The notes beneath the pieces are model-generated. The model did not search any database. It saw nothing but the letters and a program-made list of their open reading frames with translations, and was not told the DNA's origin. 64,000 bases of DNA. Origin: a virus. Taxonomy: Duplodnaviria; Caudoviricetes. Made by a program: the position numbers and the translations under genes. Positions 63,871 to 64,000 of the stretch are shown one piece after another; the stretch's first letter is position 1; every line of letters begins with the position of its first letter. The DNA is taken from positions 64,001 through 128,000 of the IMG/VR virus record IMGVR_UViG_3300033273_000833. One strand, given 5' to 3'.

Positions 63871-64000
63871 ATGAAAACATACGAAGTAGAAATGGCAAGT
63901 ACGACATATCGTACTTTTGAAGTTGAAGCAGATTCACCCGAAGATGCTCAAAATAAAGCGTTCCTTGAGCTAGATGCTGATTGGGAGATTAGTAAAGCGT
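63871..64000 (+). CDS. 3'-truncated hypothetical protein
   Basis: MKTYEVEMASTTYRTFEVEADSPEDAQNKA... runs off the window. Confidence 0.6.
   Translation, partial: MKTYEVEMASTTYRTFEVEADSPEDAQNKAFLELDADWEISKA

Noticed and set aside
63554-63937. Minus-strand 127-aa ORF
   Set aside because: Antisense to two promoter-supported plus-strand genes
1-64000. Cellular (bacterial/CPR) chromosome or giant-virus origin, suggested by tmRNA, ruvB, guaC, gmd and DUF1501
   Set aside because: A lambda-like tail-tip operon, many tiny ORFans, phage-type dNMP kinase and GIY-YIG, and the absence of core housekeeping operons point to a large tailed phage; sigma70 promoters and tmRNA exclude an NCLDV

Overview
AT-rich (~30% GC by eye), densely coding 64 kb segment of a large tailed bacteriophage. 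It carries a lambda-like tail-tip operon (gpL, JAB-only gpK, gpI, 1911-aa gpJ), a complete tmRNA, about 20 glycosyltransferase, sulfotransferase and nucleotide-sugar genes (APS kinase fusion, gmd, fcl, perosamine-type aminotransferase, formyltransferase, ugd), nucleotide and polyamine metabolism genes (guaC, dCMP deaminase, dNMP kinase, ppa, two SpeD paralogs), repair genes (RuvB, two UvdE paralogs, Rad52-like SSAP), an Ate/Bpt-like transferase and a long run of small early-type genes at the right end. A DUF1549/DUF1553 + DUF1501 cassette, a Trp-rich WxYxxxLGW gene and a TorF-like porin suggest a PVC host, probably Verrucomicrobiota (inference). Main sequence-level observations: (1) 18 of 19 sigma70-like promoters found place the ATG 6-8 nt after the -10 hexamer, implying systematic leaderless mRNAs; (2) a second upstream motif GTGTA(A/T) marks structural and glycan genes; (3) gpI and gpJ both appear to begin with ubiquitin-like domains beside a stand-alone JAB protease; (4) a sulfated-glycan island contains a domain-swapped STELLO protein and an internally deleted sulfotransferase. 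No CRISPR array, rRNA or stand-alone tRNA was seen. All family assignments come from motif recognition by eye, not from database searches.
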